Positions 21,026 through 43,925 are shown, counted from the stretch's first letter. The stretch: DNA of 64,000 bases from Macrostomum lignano (GCA_002269645.1 NIVC01000762.1:124001-188000), one strand, 5' to 3'. Numbers and translations are program-made. Notes: a model not told the origin generated them from the sequence alone.

Positions 21026-21920
21026 ATCCAACTCTCTACCCCCTCCATATCTGCTTTTCAGTCTTCCTCTCTAACTCCTATAATTTCCTCCAAAGCAAAT
21101 CCCAGTGCACGTCGCAACCTAGAAAACTGAAAAATCGAAAATTGTCGCCGAGACTTTTCTGTTCCACTTTGTCGCACTTTTGCACCTTTGCAGCACCTGG
21201 AACTGCCAAGGTTGCCACGCGAATTCTTGTCCTAATGAAAAATATAATCCGCAGTCCGCAGAACTGACTGCGGAAACCTTGGAAAATTAACAGTCTAAGC
21301 ACGTGTTCTACTTCCTTCTTCCCTTGTTCCTCTTCTAGAAGAAGAGATTTTATTTCCTCCATAAAGGTGCGAAACCTGCAAATCCAGGACAGCTGTTTCT
21401 GAGGTCGGAGTCGAAACAATCAAATCTGCTTCAGGTGCAGATCAGCTCAGCGGTGAACTCAGCCAGCCAGGGTGCCCGCAGCATCCCTGAAAATATTCAT
21501 TTTTTGGGCATTAAACTGAGCTTTTTTTAGTCACTTGAGCTTTTTTTAGTTCAATAATATTTTTAGACAGTAAATTTTAGGGCTCAGGCAGAATGTTTTG
21601 AGTAGGTTATTTACTGTGTTATATTTTTGGAAATTCCTGTGAGCTTGTGAATGGGTTCTCTGTTTGTGTCTCCCTCAGTGTCCAGATCCCCAAACACTGA
21701 ACACCTATTTTATAAATGGCTATACGAATCGCGGAATGGACACTGGAACTGTAAATTAAGTATTTTTAATTACAATTCTGTCAAGCACTGCTCTTTCAGT
21801 TGATTTTTATTTGCGTGGTGCAAATAAGATTGGTAACTATGAGGGGATTATGCTTATGCTGAGTTAAACTGTAAACATTTTAGTGTTGAATATTGTACTG
21901 AGAATTGTTGAAGGTTGAAG

Positions 21921-21982
<62 letters not shown>

Positions 21983-22819
21983 TAGACAGAGGGAGAGAGA
22001 GAGGGAGAGAGAGGGAGAGAGGGAAGAGAGAGAGAGAGAGGGAGAGAGAGGGAGAGAGAGAGGGAGAGAGAGGGAGAGAGAGGGAGAGAGAGAGAGGGAG
22101 AGAGAGGGAGAGAGAGAGGGAGAGAGAGGGAGAGAGGGGAGAGAGAGAGAGAGAGAGGGAGAGAGAGGGAGAGAGAGAGGGAGAACGATGGGGGGGGAGA
22201 GGGAGAGAGAGACAGAGAGACCATTAAAGACAGGACGAGTGAAAGGGTGAAGAGTGAAGAGAGTGAAGCGCAGGTACCAAAGTCAAAGGTGTCAGAGTCA
22301 GCTGCCTGTAGCCAGGACATTGCACTGCACAGAGCCAGTGCAATTATGCCTCAGATGGCTACTAGAAAAAAGCTCTGCTTGTAACTAATAAAGCATTAGT
22401 ATTGTACAGACAGTAGCAATGGAAGGAAATTCCTTCATAAATGCTGCTACCAAATTCTCTATAGCAAGATTGATAACAGAGTCTGCAGAAATGTTCTAGC
22501 AACCTACATCATGTCTGTTTGGTCAACCGAATATTTTAAAAGTACGCCACGACAGCAAAATACGCCGCGCATTAGTTTAGACGGGTATCCGAAACCCGCG
22601 TTGGAATTTCTATGGGCGAACTAATTATTTCTGACGGGTAACTTTTTAACTGATGATTCACAATTACGAGCGCGGTTAGAATATATTTTTGTTTACATTT
22701 GCCTTTAGTTCTACTGATAGTAGCTAGAAAGCATATTTTCATTTGAAAATATTGTGATGTGATCTGGAATAGAGAATTTAGATGACAGCAACTGCTGATT
22801 TGCTACGAGTACTTCAGAC

Positions 22820-23115
22820 AGGAGTGTCACCTGTGTGTTAGACAGCAGTGTCACCTGTGTGTTAGACAGCAGTGTCACCTGTATGTTAGACAGCAGTGTC
22901 ACCTGTGTGTTAGACAGCAGTGTCACCTGTATGTTAGACAGCAGTGTCACCTGTATGTTAGACAGCAGTGTCACCTGTGTGTTAGACAGCAGTGTCACCT
23001 GTATGTTAGATAGCAGTGTCACCTGTGTGTTAGACAGCAGTGTCACCTGTGTGTTAGACAGCAGTGTCACCTGTTATACAAGAGTGCAACCTGTTAGACA
23101 GCAGTGTCACCTGTG
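22820..23115. repeat. 24-bp minisatellite TTAGACAGCAGTGTCACCTGTGTG
   Basis: Tandem copies upstream of GNAT-1. Confidence 0.95.
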
Positions 23116-23432
23116 TGCCAATCAAATGACAAACTCATTAAATAAACTGACACAACAGCTCGCAAAACAAGTTCTCTAAACAGTCTAACAACCTGTTCAA
23201 AGTTAAACATAAAATGGCCTTGGCGCCACTCGCAGTGGCAAGATCTGCATTGGAAAGGTTAAATCCAGCTATCAGATACAATCCAACGCAAGGTTTTACA
23301 ACTTTAACCCAGTTTGTGCGCAACCCAATCAAGATACGATAAGGTAGCTAGCTTAAATAGAGCTTCTAAACTCAATAATCACCTGTACAAACGTAGAATT
23401 TCTTTAAAGATTTCGCAGGCTATGACAAAAAA

Positions 23433-24752
23433 ATGTCAGTCGTTCGAGTTGAAGAGAACGGCCTCGTGTATCGAAATGCCACAATGGCCGACACGGAGGC
23501 TGTCTGGCAGCTCATGGTGGCCGAGTTTTACCCCCGAACTGAGCTGTGCTGCTGCTTGAGAATGCGAATACCGCAGGATGTGGAGATTCTGCACACCCTG
23601 CTGCCGGCAATTATCCGCCATGGGGTGTCCCTGGTTGTCGAGGACTCTGCTTCAGGGTGAGACAGCAGACTCAGGTGTTTGTAGCCTCAGGTGTTTATAG
23701 CCTCAGGTGTTTGTAGCCTCAGGTGTTTATAGCCTCAGGTGTTTGTAGCCTCAGGTGTTTGTAGCCTCAGGTGTTTATAGCCTCAGGTGTTTGTAGCCTC
23801 AGGTGTTTGTAGCCTCAGGTGTTTGTAGCCTCAGGTGTTTATAGCCTCAGGTGTTTGTAGCCTCAGGTGTTTGTAGCCTCAGGTGTTTGTAGCATCAGGT
23901 GTTTGTAGCCTCAGGTGTTTGTAGCCTCAGGTGTTTGTAGCCTCAGGTGTTTGTAGCCTCAGGTGTTTATAGCCTCAGGTGTTTGTAGCCTCAGGTGTTT
24001 GTAGCCTCAGGTGTTTATAGCCTCAGGTGTTTGTAGCCTCAGGTGTTTGTAGCCTCAGGTGTTTGTAGCCTCAGGTGTTTGTATCCTCAGGTGTTTGTAG
24101 CCTCAGGTGTTTGTATCCTCAGGTGTTTGTAGCCTGAAGTGTTTGTAGCCTCATGTGTTTGTAGCCTCAGGTGTTTGTAGCCTCAGGTGTTTGTAGCCTC
24201 AGGTGTTTGTAGCCTCAGGTGTTCTTGTAAACTCAGTTGTTCAGCTTCAACCTTCAACTAAACTGGTTCAGAAAACTGGTCGCTGCTCGACCAACAACGG
24301 TGGAGCAGCTGACGGAGCAGTGTCAGTCGCGTCATCCCCTGCTGACAGACTCAAATCTGGCGGCCGCCTACTCAAAGTGCAGCGCTGTGTACCGGATGTT
24401 CGACCATCTGTCCTGCAGTGTCGATCTGGCCAAGCTGTACAAAGTTGATCGAGCGATTTCCTTCAAGTTCCTCGTGGTCGCCGAGTCGCATTCGCGGAGA
24501 GGCATCGGCAAGAGGCTGGTTGAGCTGTCGCTTGAGCTGGCCGCGAGAATAGCGATCCCCCTGGCAACCACTTGCACCGCCAGTCGATACTCGGAGCGAA
24601 TCTACTCGTCGATGGACTTCGATCTGTTGAGCACGCTGAGACTCAGCGAGTTCGTTGACCCGGTGACGGGAGGCAGGCCGTTCGCTTTAATTGATGAAGC
24701 TGAGCTGAGAGATGCTGTGCTCTATGCTAAGAGAATTAATTTTATCGATTAG
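23433..24752 (+). CDS. GNAT N-acetyltransferase 1 (arylalkylamine/dopamine N-acetyltransferase-like), 2 exons
   Basis: Exons 23433-23656 and 24272-24752 join in phase 2 (DSASG/KLVAAR). Motif A FKFLVVAESHSRRGIGKRLVE, then SRYSERIY. Colinear with the paralogue at 25852. Confidence 0.88.
23670..24222. repeat. 16-bp minisatellite CCTCAGGTGTTTGTAG filling the GNAT-1 intron
   Basis: About 34 tandem copies. Confidence 0.97.
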
Positions 24753-24857
24753 CGCATTAACTTTAATGATTTCTATAAGTAGTATATGATGCTTCTTAAT
24801 GTCAAAAATATGTTTTTTTAAACAAGTAACTGAAATCTGAAGTGATTTCCTCTTACA

Positions 24858-25140
24858 GGTATCACCTGTTAGACACAGGTATCTCATGTTAAGACACAGG
24901 TATCTCATGTTAAGACACAGACATCACATGTTAAGACACAGACATCACATGTTAAGACACAGGTATCACATGTTAAGACACAGGTATCACATATTAAGAC
25001 ACAAGTTTCTCATGTTAAGACACAGGTATCACATGTTAAGACACAGGTATCACATGTTAAGACACAGGTATCACATATTAAGACACAGGTTTCTCATGTT
25101 AAGACACAGGTATCACCTGTCAGACACAGATTTCATCTTT
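24858..25140. repeat. 21-bp minisatellite GTTAAGACACAGGTATCACAT
   Basis: Tandem copies between the GNAT genes. Confidence 0.93.
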
Positions 25141-25851
25141 TGGACACAGATATTACACCGATTAGGACACATATTGGCACACATAGTTGGTAGCAAAGGC
25201 GTTTGAAAAGCTTTTTGGTGTCGGGCTGGGGTTGGAGTCTGCATTCTGTGGCACAGAATCTGTGCCTGCATCAAATAAATTCGCTCTGTTAAAATGCTCG
25301 GAAGTCTCGTGTCGAGTAGGTTGAAGAGAATTTTGTAAATGTCCTCTCGTATGTGGCAGTTGCTTGTAGTTATATGCAAGGTTTTGAAGAATTTAAGCCA
25401 TTAATCTTGAGGTCATTCGTACTTTGATATTATCTCTGGCTCGCAGTGGAGAATGCTATACCGTTAGATTCAGGCGGACACTGTGTCAGTCAGTTTAGCG
25501 CGCTCCGTTCGTTCTGGTTGCCTCAACCCCTTGGGGAAGGGCAGGAAAGGTACGTTAGAGTATGAATTCCTCTCTTTCCTTTCCCGTCTCCCACACCCCA
25601 AGTCCAATCTACACGTAGCGCTCTCTCTCTCCCCTCCGCGCGCTCTCGTCTCGAGCCTCTCAGGTCTGACAGCTCCCCCGGCCGCACACTGGTTGCACTG
25701 CCCACTGCCCAACCACCCCATTGCAAATCTAATCTGCCTCCCTAACCCGCTTCACCCTTAGAATAAAACCTCCATTTTATTTGACTTTGCCTCCATATTA
25801 ACTTCTGTAGTTTCTAAGAAAAGCATTTATAAAATAAGACGCTAATATCAG

Positions 25852-26544
25852 ATGAAGAAGATCTTCAACCGCCAAGCGGACGGTCTGGTGTATCGAACGG
25901 CCACTCCAGCTGACGCCGAGCCGGTCTGGAAACTGATGGCCACTCAGTTTCACCCGAGAACCGCCCTCTGCCCCTTCCTAGGCATGGACTTCCCAGCTGA
26001 CGTTGAGTTTGATCGGCTGGATGTGCTGAACATCCTGGATGAGGGTGTGTCGCTGCTGGTGGAGGACCCGGCCACTGGACAGGTCATCGGCGCGAGGCTG
26101 TCCTCCATCGAGCGTCGCGAAGACGGCAACCAGAAGCATCCGCTAGTGGCTGACCCGGAACAGGCGGCCAAATATCCGAAGTACAGCATCATCTTCCGGA
26201 TGTTCGACCAGCTCACTGGCGACATCGACCTGTTCCAGCGGTACAACGCCGACACCGTGATGGCCTTCAAATTCCTCGTGGTGAGCGACAGTCACGCGGG
26301 CCGCGGCATCGCCAAGAGACTGGTGCAGTTCTCCCTGGAGGTCGCCAAGGACTGGCAGTTGCAGGTGACCTCCGTCATCACGGGCAACAAGTACTCAGAA
26401 CGAATCTACGACGGTCTGAAATTCGACAGACTCAACGTGCTGCACATTCCGGACTTTGTTGATCCAGTTGATGGCAGCCGGCCGTTTGAGAAGCTGCAAG
26501 CTGACGACCTCGAGAATGTGGCGCTGTACGCCAAGAAGCTGTGA
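25852..26544 (+). CDS. GNAT N-acetyltransferase 2 (AANAT-like), intronless
   Basis: Continuous 230-aa ORF: GLVYRTAT, SLLVEDPATGQVIGARL, FKFLVVSDSHAGRGIAKRLVQ, GNKYSERIY. Confidence 0.92.
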   Translation: MKKIFNRQADGLVYRTATPADAEPVWKLMATQFHPRTALCPFLGMDFPADVEFDRLDVLNILDEGVSLLVEDPATGQVIGARLSSIERREDGNQKHPLVADPEQAAKYPKYSIIFRMFDQLTGDIDLFQRYNADTVMAFKFLVVSDSHAGRGIAKRLVQFSLEVAKDWQLQVTSVITGNKYSERIYDGLKFDRLNVLHIPDFVDPVDGSRPFEKLQADDLENVALYAKKL

Positions 26545-27064
26545 CTTCGCGAAAAAGCCTCGTAGTCATCGATTTTTCATAAATGTTTCCACTGAACACA
26601 TATCGGTGATCTTACTGAATTTTCTCCTCGCAAATTGGTCTGTGCGCGGTTGATCTGTTCAAAAATTTATCAGTTCATGCAATTCCACGTTTGATAATTA
26701 ACGAAAAATACAGTCAGCTCCGATGTAGAACAAAGAGCTACATCTGCAGTTTCATTTCATTTCGAGTAGATTCGAAAACTAATTAATAGGGAACAGGAAA
26801 TCTGTTCCTGCTGAACATTATATCCTGCCATCAAAGAAATATTCATCCGAAACTCACTCTGACGCTCCTGGCTAAGGGATGCTGTGGATGGAAACTTAGC
26901 AAAGTAGAAATCAGGTTGAGAAGCAGTCAAACCAGAGTTATTTTCTTATTCTGAATAATTTATCACGCCCCCACAGAGCTGCTGTTTTACCTTCAGGAAG
27001 CAGCTAGGTTGTTATTCCAGTGCTTTCTGTCCCTTATGGGATACCAAGATTTCCCGACCCGGGA

Positions 27065-28742
27065 CCTTGGTTGCTGGGCCACCCCACCAGATCCTCAGTT
27101 GCTGGGCCAGCCTCCCAGATCCTCAGTTGCTAGGCCAGCCTCCCAGATCCTCAGTTGCTGGGCCAGCCTCCCAGATCCTCAGTTGCTGGGCCAGCCTTCC
27201 AGATCCTCAGTTGCTGGGCCAGCCTCCCAGATCCTCAGTTGCTGGGCCAGCCTCCCAGATCCTCAGTTGCTGGGCCAGCCTCCCAGATCCTCAGTTGCTG
27301 GGCCAGCCTCCCAGATCCTCAGTTGCTGAGCCAGCCTCCGAGATCCTCAGTTGCTGGGCCAGCCTCCCAGATCCTCAGTTGCTGAGCCAGCCTTCCAGAT
27401 CCTCAGTTGCTGGACCAGCCTCCCAGATCCTCAGTTGCTGAGCCAGCCTTCCAGATCCTCAGTTGCTGGACCAGCCTCCCAGATCCTCAGTTGCTGGGCC
27501 ACAGCCTTCCAGATCCTCAGTTGCTGAGCCAGCCTTCCAGATCCTCAGTTGCTGGACCAGCCTCCCAGATTCTCAGTTGCTGGGCCACAGCCTCCCAGAT
27601 CCTCAGTTACTGAGCCACAGCCTCCCAGATCCTCAGTTGCTGGCCCAGCCTCCCAGATCCTCAGTTGCTGGACCAGCCTCCCAGATCCTCAGTTGCTGAG
27701 CCAGCCTCCCAGATCCTCTGTAGCTGGGCCAGCCTCCCAGATCCTCAGTTGCTGAGCCAGCCTCCGAGATCCTCAGTTGCTGGGCCAGCCTCCCAGATCC
27801 TCAGTTGCTGAGCCACCCCACCAGATCCTCAGTTGCTGGGCCAGCCTCCCAGATCCTCAGTTGCTGGGCCAGCCTCCCAGATCCTCAGTTGCTGGGCCAG
27901 CCTTCCAGATCCTCAGTTGCTGGGCCAGCCTTCCAGATCCTCAGTTGCTGAGCCAGCCTCCCAGATCCTCAGTTGCTGGGCCAGCCTCCCAGATCCTCAG
28001 TTGCTGGGCCAGCCTCCCAGATCCTCAGTTGCTGGGCCAGCCTCCCAGATCCTCAGTTGCTGAGCCAGCCTCCGAGATCCTCAGTTGCTGGGCCAGCCTC
28101 CCAGATCCTCAGTTGCTGAGCCAGCCTTCCAGATCCTCAGTTGCTGGACCAACCTCCCAGATCCTCAGTTGCTGGACCAGCCTCCCAGATCCTCAGTTGC
28201 TGGACCAGCCTCCCAGATCCTCAGTTGCTGAGCCAGCCTCCCAGATCCTCAGTTGCTGGGCCAGCCTCCCAGATCCTCAGTTGCTGAGCCAGCCTCCGAG
28301 ATCCTCAGTTGCTGGGCCACAGCCTCCCAGATCCTCAGTTGCTGGGCCAGCCTCCCAGATCCTCAGTTGCTGAGCCAGCCTCCCAGATCCTCAGTTGCTG
28401 GGCTGAGCCAGCCTCCCAGATCCTCAGTTGCTGGACCAGCCTCCCAGATCCTCAGTTGCTGGACCAGCCTCCCAGATCCTCAGTTGCTGAGCCAGCCTCC
28501 CAGATCCTCAGTTGCTGGGCCAGCCTCCCAGATCCTCAGTTGCTGAGCCAGCCTCCGAGATCCTCAGTTGCTGGGCCACAGCCTCCCAGATCCTCAGTTG
28601 CTGGGCCAGCCTCCCAGATCCTCAGTTGCTGAGCCAGCCTCCGAGATCCTCAGTTGCTGGGCCAGCCTCCCAGATCCTCAGTTGCTGGGCCAGCCTCCCA
28701 GATCCTTAGTTTCTGGGCCAGCCTCCCAGATCCTCAGTTGCT
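27065..28742. repeat. 28-bp GC-rich minisatellite CAGCCTCCCAGATCCTCAGTTGCTGGGC
   Basis: About 1.7 kb tandem array. Confidence 0.98.
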
Positions 28743-29506
28743 GTGCCCTCTGTGCAGTCCCAGACCCTCAGACTATTTATAATTACTCAATTTCACACAC
28801 CTAAAGCACAGTTTTTCAGTTCTCAGCACGTGTGTAAACTTCGGCAGAGCCAGCAAGGCACACTGAAAGCAACTACTCAAGTAGACTGTTTACGCTCCGA
28901 GTGGACTGAAACCCCTTAAAGCTTAAGCAATAAAATTGAGTAAACAAAATAGCTCTGCTCACATCAGCAGCTCCCGAGACCCAACAGACAGACAATTAGC
29001 TCAGGTCAGAAAGCTCCATATTCGAAACTGCGTTCTGTCATCAAGACGAAACAAAATGAACTGACAAAACAGTAAGATGTCAGAGTGAGCACACGCAACT
29101 AAGATTAAAAAAACTGATTTAAGACAGTATAACAAAGTGTATTTTTAAATCGAAAAACTACAACCAAGATTAAATTATTAATCATCGAAAATACCCTTAT
29201 TGTGTTTAAGCTGAGATGAACTTTAAACGTTAATAGGCGACGAAAATTAGAATTTTCTGGGTTAATCTGTTGACTCGTGAACGGGTGCCAAAAATTTTCT
29301 AAGAATATTAAAACAAAATTTACGATATCGGGTAGAAAATAAAATTTTTATATATGGTCACAACAAAATGGCATTCAAAGTTCGATGTTGGAAAACGTCG
29401 ACAGAAAAGAATAAACTCAACTTTTTTTTTATTCATTTTTCCGAGTTTTTGTTTTAAATAGCATACATGTAGTTTGTTTAAAAACTGTTCAACTTTTGGC
29501 GGTTAT

Positions 29507-39040
<9,534 letters not shown>

Positions 39041-40470
39041 ACTTTCATTCAGGTTTTGTCCCGACAAGACTGGTCGGTAGTAGGATTTGCACACTTTGTT
39101 GCCTGCCAATTAGAAGCTGTGGTCTGCAGTGAGGAGAGAAATGTGCTAGTCATTAGAAATTATAAAATATATTTTATATACGTATAATAATTGCTACGAC
39201 ATCTCAATAAAGCTGATCAAGCGTGCTCAGTCTGAGCCACACCTGGCCTGGCCATTGTTTCACAGAGATCAGCTGTCATTGTTCCAGTAAGGCACATCAT
39301 TGATTCCCCTAGCAGTAAGGATCCACGCAATGAAGGGGGGAGGAACCACTTGAGTAGCGGGAGACGGCGTGGCACGCATGAGGGCCCCCCCATCACCCAA
39401 CCCCCCCCCCCGGAGCGACCCCCGCTGCGCCTAGCGGTTCGGAGTTCTGCTGGCGTGGAGTCTTAAACTACTGAGCAACGACTACTCGGGAAACAAACGA
39501 GTAGTCGTAACGTTTCTTGGACGTTTCTTGGACGTTTCTTGGACGTTTCTTGGACGTTTCTTGGACGTTTCTTGGACGTTTCTCCTAAACGTTTCTTGGA
39601 AACTGCATAGGGAAGGTTTTCTTTTTTTCAGCATAAAAATTGTGATTAGTTTTCTTAGAAATGAGACCGAATTTTTCCCTTTTGATATGTCGTGTCTTTA
39701 TTATAGCTCCATTGAGCTGTTCGTTGAGAAAATTTGAATTCTGTGTTAATTTTGTAGCCTACGCACAATCGAACATGTCCTGTCCTGCGCCTAAAAATCA
39801 TACGACTACACGTTACAGCTCGACTCATTGATTTTATAAACCTATTCTTATCGTTCTTAGCTTATTGACTGTATAACAAAATGATATCTCTCTAAACAGC
39901 TCTATGAATATCAATAGAGCTATGAGAGAGGCAAAAACCTATCGAAAAAACATTGCTTAATTTTCTACGAAATAATCAAACTTCAATTCGCTTCTAATTT
40001 GATTCCGTTTTTTGTTGTGTTTTTTCTCAAAATCAAAATTATGAATCAGTTAGTTTGCAACTCAGATTCTCGATTTAAGAATTCCATATAGATGAAGTTA
40101 TGGGCAATGAGGACACGCGACATTAATTATCATTGGACAGCGAACTGCAGGGCTGACTGTCGATCTCTCATCGCCACTCAACTGCATGCTCTCTCCTTCC
40201 CTATCATAATTCATCTCAATCAATTCTAGCCATCCCCTACCCGCCAAACCCCAGAAATGTTTGTTACCTGGCGCACCTGTCAAAACTTCACGGACTCGAG
40301 TGGGTTGTGAGGGCCTGGGAACTGCAGGAGGGAAAGGGGAGTTCTAATGAGACTGGGGGAGTCGCGTAAATGTATTTAAGAAGCCTCAATCAGAGCTGAA
40401 GATGTTTGGGTCTGAGACTCTGAGATACAAGACTAGAAGTTACTCCATTGATTGATCATTCACAGTCAGT

Positions 40471-41935
40471 ATGCCAGGCCTGTTCACCGTGGAGAGTCTG
40501 CTTTCGGATGGAACTGCTGCTTCTGCTTCTGCTGCTGCTAAGACTACAGAGCAGTCGCTGGCACTTCGGCAGGCAAATGCGTGCTTTGATGGTAAGTTTG
40601 CTGACTCTATAATAGAACACTGGCGCTCCTCTATGGACACTCAATATTCTCTGTAGGTGCTGTAGATTCTCTGTAGGTGCTGTAAATTCTCTGTAGGTGC
40701 TGTAAATTCTCTGTAGGGGCTGTAAATTCTCTGTAGGGGCTGTAAATTCTCTGTAGGTGCTGTAACTTCTCTGTAGATGCTGTAAATTCTCTGTAGGTGC
40801 TGTAAATTCTCTGTAGGTGCTGTAGATTCTCTGTAGATGCTGTAAGTTCTCTGTAGATGCTGTAAGTTCTCTGTAGATGCTGTAAGTTCTCTGTAGATGC
40901 TGTAAGTTCTCTGTAGATGCTGTAAGTTCTCTGTAGATGCTGTAAGTTCTCTGTAGATTCTGTAACTTCTCTGTAGATGCTTTAAGTTCTCTGTAGATGC
41001 TGTAAGTTCTCTGTAGATGCTGTAACTTCTCTGTAGATGCTGTAACTTCTCTGTAGATGCTGTAAGTTCTCTGTAGATGCTGTAACTTCTCTTTAGTTGC
41101 TGTAAGTTCTCTGTACGTGCTATAGACAATATTTTTTACTTCTTTATGTTAACACTGTCAAATCTTTATAGACGCTGAAAAAACTCTGTAGACACACAAG
41201 CAAATCTATATAGACACACGGGCACATCTCTATAGACACACGGGCACATCTCTATAGACACCGGTACATCTCTATATATAGACACTTGACAATCTCCGTA
41301 GACTCTGGCACATCTTTATAGACACTGGCACATTTCTATAGACACTGGGACATCTCTATAGACACTGGCACATCTTTATAGACACTGACACCCCTCTCAT
41401 CGACTCAGTCAGATAGTTGCGGGACCGAACGACTCACTATAGCAATCTTTTACAAACAAAAATATCCCTTATTTACTCAGATCACGGAGGCCACACCAGA
41501 CTCAGCTCGCAGTCGCAAGAACCGCCAGACCAGCAGCAATATGACCAGCACCAGCAGCAGCAAAGGCGGCACCATCACAGGTCTCGCAGCAACTTCACAG
41601 CCAGTCAAACCTTAGCCCTAGAAACAGCCTTCAACCAATCCGACTACATCGCCAAGCCAGACAGAGACCGCTTAGCAACCAGCCTGGGCCTGTCCACCTG
41701 TCAGGTGAAAATCTGGTTTCAAAATCGACGTGCCAAGTCTCGACGAAAGCAACAGCAGCAGCAGCAGCAGCAACAGCAACAGCAAGAGGGCACCGCTGTA
41801 ACTCCATACGGTGGTACAGAACCCGGATATGAGACAGATCAGCTCATGACTCATGCTCAGCAGCAGCAGCAGCAGTTCTCTTACGCGGAGCAACTCAGAC
41901 TCCTAGCGCTGGCTCTGCAGCAGCAGCAGCAATAG
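40471..41935 (+). CDS. ANTP-class homeobox protein with eh1 motif (Rough/Msx/NK-like), 2 exons
   Basis: Exon 40471-40591 (MPGLFTVESLL, eh1-like) joins 41481-41935 in phase 1. Homeodomain RSRSNFTASQTLALETAFNQSDYIAKPDRDRLATSLGLSTCQVKIWFQNRRAKSRR, with polyQ tracts. Confidence 0.88.
40645..41120. repeat. 20-bp minisatellite CTCTGTAGRTGCTGTAARTT in the homeobox intron
   Basis: Tandem copies. A second array (TCTATAGACACTGGCACA) lies at 41190-41390. Confidence 0.95.
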
Positions 41936-42179
41936 CTACCAAATTGTACGCTCAGCCAATTAAATTTAACTTAAAATTTCTATCTAATCTGTGGAAGTTG
42001 CAGCTGGATAATCCTAATTTAACCATTTTTAACTGCTAATAAACCGATCGCGTAATTCAAACTATTAATGCCATTTACAGTAGTATTTCAAGTCTCTTGG
42101 TTGCGAATTCTTCAATTTATGTAAGTGCATTATGATCTGAGTACGATTTTACCTGGTAAAGTTCTACACGATCTCTTAT

Positions 42180-42835
42180 CATTTAATTTGGGATATTACA
42201 GCTTCTAAATCATGTGATGTGGGATATTACAGTTCTAAATCATGTGAGATGGGATATTACAAATTCTAAATCATGTGATGTGTGGGATATCACAGATTCT
42301 GCGGCATGTGCTTTGAAAAACGACAAACTCTACATCATGTGATTTGGGATATTATAGTTCTAAATCATGTGATGTGGGATATTACAGATTATACATCATG
42401 TAATTTGGGATATTACAGATTCTACATCATGTAATTTTGGATATTACAGATTCTACATGATGTAATTTGGGATATTACAGCTTCTAAATCATGTGATGTA
42501 GGATATTACAGTTCTAAATCATATGAGGTGGGATATTATAGATTCTACATCATGTGACTTGGGATATTACAGATTCTACGTCATGTGATTTGGGATATAA
42601 CAGATTCTAAATCATGTGATTTGGGGCATTACAGATTCTACATCATTTAACTTGGGATATTACAGATTCTACATCATGTGATTTCGGATATTACATATTC
42701 TACATCATGTGATTTCGGATATTGCAGTTCTAAATCACGTGATTTGGGGTATTACAGATTCTAAATCATGTAATTTGGGATATTACACTACATCATGCAA
42801 TGTTGGAGTGGGATATCAGAGTTCTGCAGCATGTG
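42180..42835. repeat. About 31-bp degenerate minisatellite CATGTGATTTGGGATATTACAGATTCTAAAT
   Basis: Tandem variants. Confidence 0.9.
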
Positions 42836-43444
42836 ATGTGGGAGACAATTCTCTCATTAAATTTGGATATGTAAAAATCTTGTAGAATAAATTCTACAAA
42901 GTATTTTTATTATATATTACTACTCACATTTCAAACTGATTTATGATTTATATATTTGTAATTTTTTCATAGATTCTACGCTCTCAATTTAAAAGATTTA
43001 CAAGATTTGATTTTAAAAAACTAAATTTGTTTGTTTCAAGCATTTTTTATATGTTTTGAATTAAATTGTTTACTAGTAGATTAAGAGAAGCGATTGAAAA
43101 CAAAATTGATAAAAATGAGCACAAATGAGTTGTTTACAAACTTCAGTGATTTAGTAACAAAGATTGATTTTATTTGGAAAAGATTAATATGTTGAAGGAT
43201 TCAAAAATTAAATTTCATAAAGAAAATCATGTAAAGGTACAGATTACTCAGAAGATTTGGATAATTCACAATTCTGTATATTGGGTAGGAACTCAAAGTG
43301 ATCTGATTTAAATAAAAATCAATAAAAATCATATATTGTGTTATAGCAAACGAAAAATTTAAAATTAACATAATTTAAAACATAAAAAGCAAAATTTGCA
43401 TAGAAAATAGGGTAAGACATTTTAGGGTTCCATGGTACACGGGG

Positions 43445-43905
43445 ACAGTGGGTGTCAGGGAAGCCAGTGGGGTGTCAGGGAAGCCAGTGGGGTGTCAGGG
43501 AAGCCAGTGGGGTGTCAGGGAAGCCAGTGGGGTGTCAGGGAAGCCAGTGGGGTGTCAGGGAAGCCAGCAGGATGTCAGGGACGCCAGCAGGATGTCAGGG
43601 AAGCCAGTGTGGATGTCAGGGAAGCCAGTGAGGTGTCAGGGAAGCCAGTAGGGTGTCAGGGAAGCCAGCAGGATGTCAGGGAAGCCAGTGGGGTGTCAGG
43701 GAGCAGTGGATCAGGGAAGCCAGTGGGGTGTCAGGGAAGCCAGTGAGGTGTCAGGGAAGCCAGTGGGGTGTCAGGGAAGCCCGTGAGGTGTCAGGGAAGC
43801 CAGTAGAGTGTCAGGGAAGCCAGCAGGATGTCAGGGAAGCCAGTGGGTGTCAGGGAAGCCAGCATGTGAGTGGGAAGCCAGCAGGATGTCAGGGAAGCCA
43901 GTGAG
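43445..43905. repeat. 20-bp minisatellite GGGAAGCCAGTGGGGTGTCA
   Basis: Tandem copies. Confidence 0.95.
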
Positions 43906-43925
43906 GTGCGGAATCAAACATTCTA

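Noticed and set aside
19945-21267. Overlapping 200-440 aa ORFs (SISL/LPLY/EREI repeats)
   Set aside because: Artefacts of the 12-bp repeat.
21078-21419. ORF as the first exon of the channel gene
   Set aside because: A possible in-phase exon (about 21280-21200) exists, but I found no signal peptide or homology to support it.
27009-28804. Many proline-rich ORFs
   Set aside because: Frame-cycling translations of the 28-bp minisatellite.
39478-39520. Hairpin as a Helitron 3' end
   Set aside because: No CTRR terminus at the expected distance on either strand; kept only as a low-interest observation.
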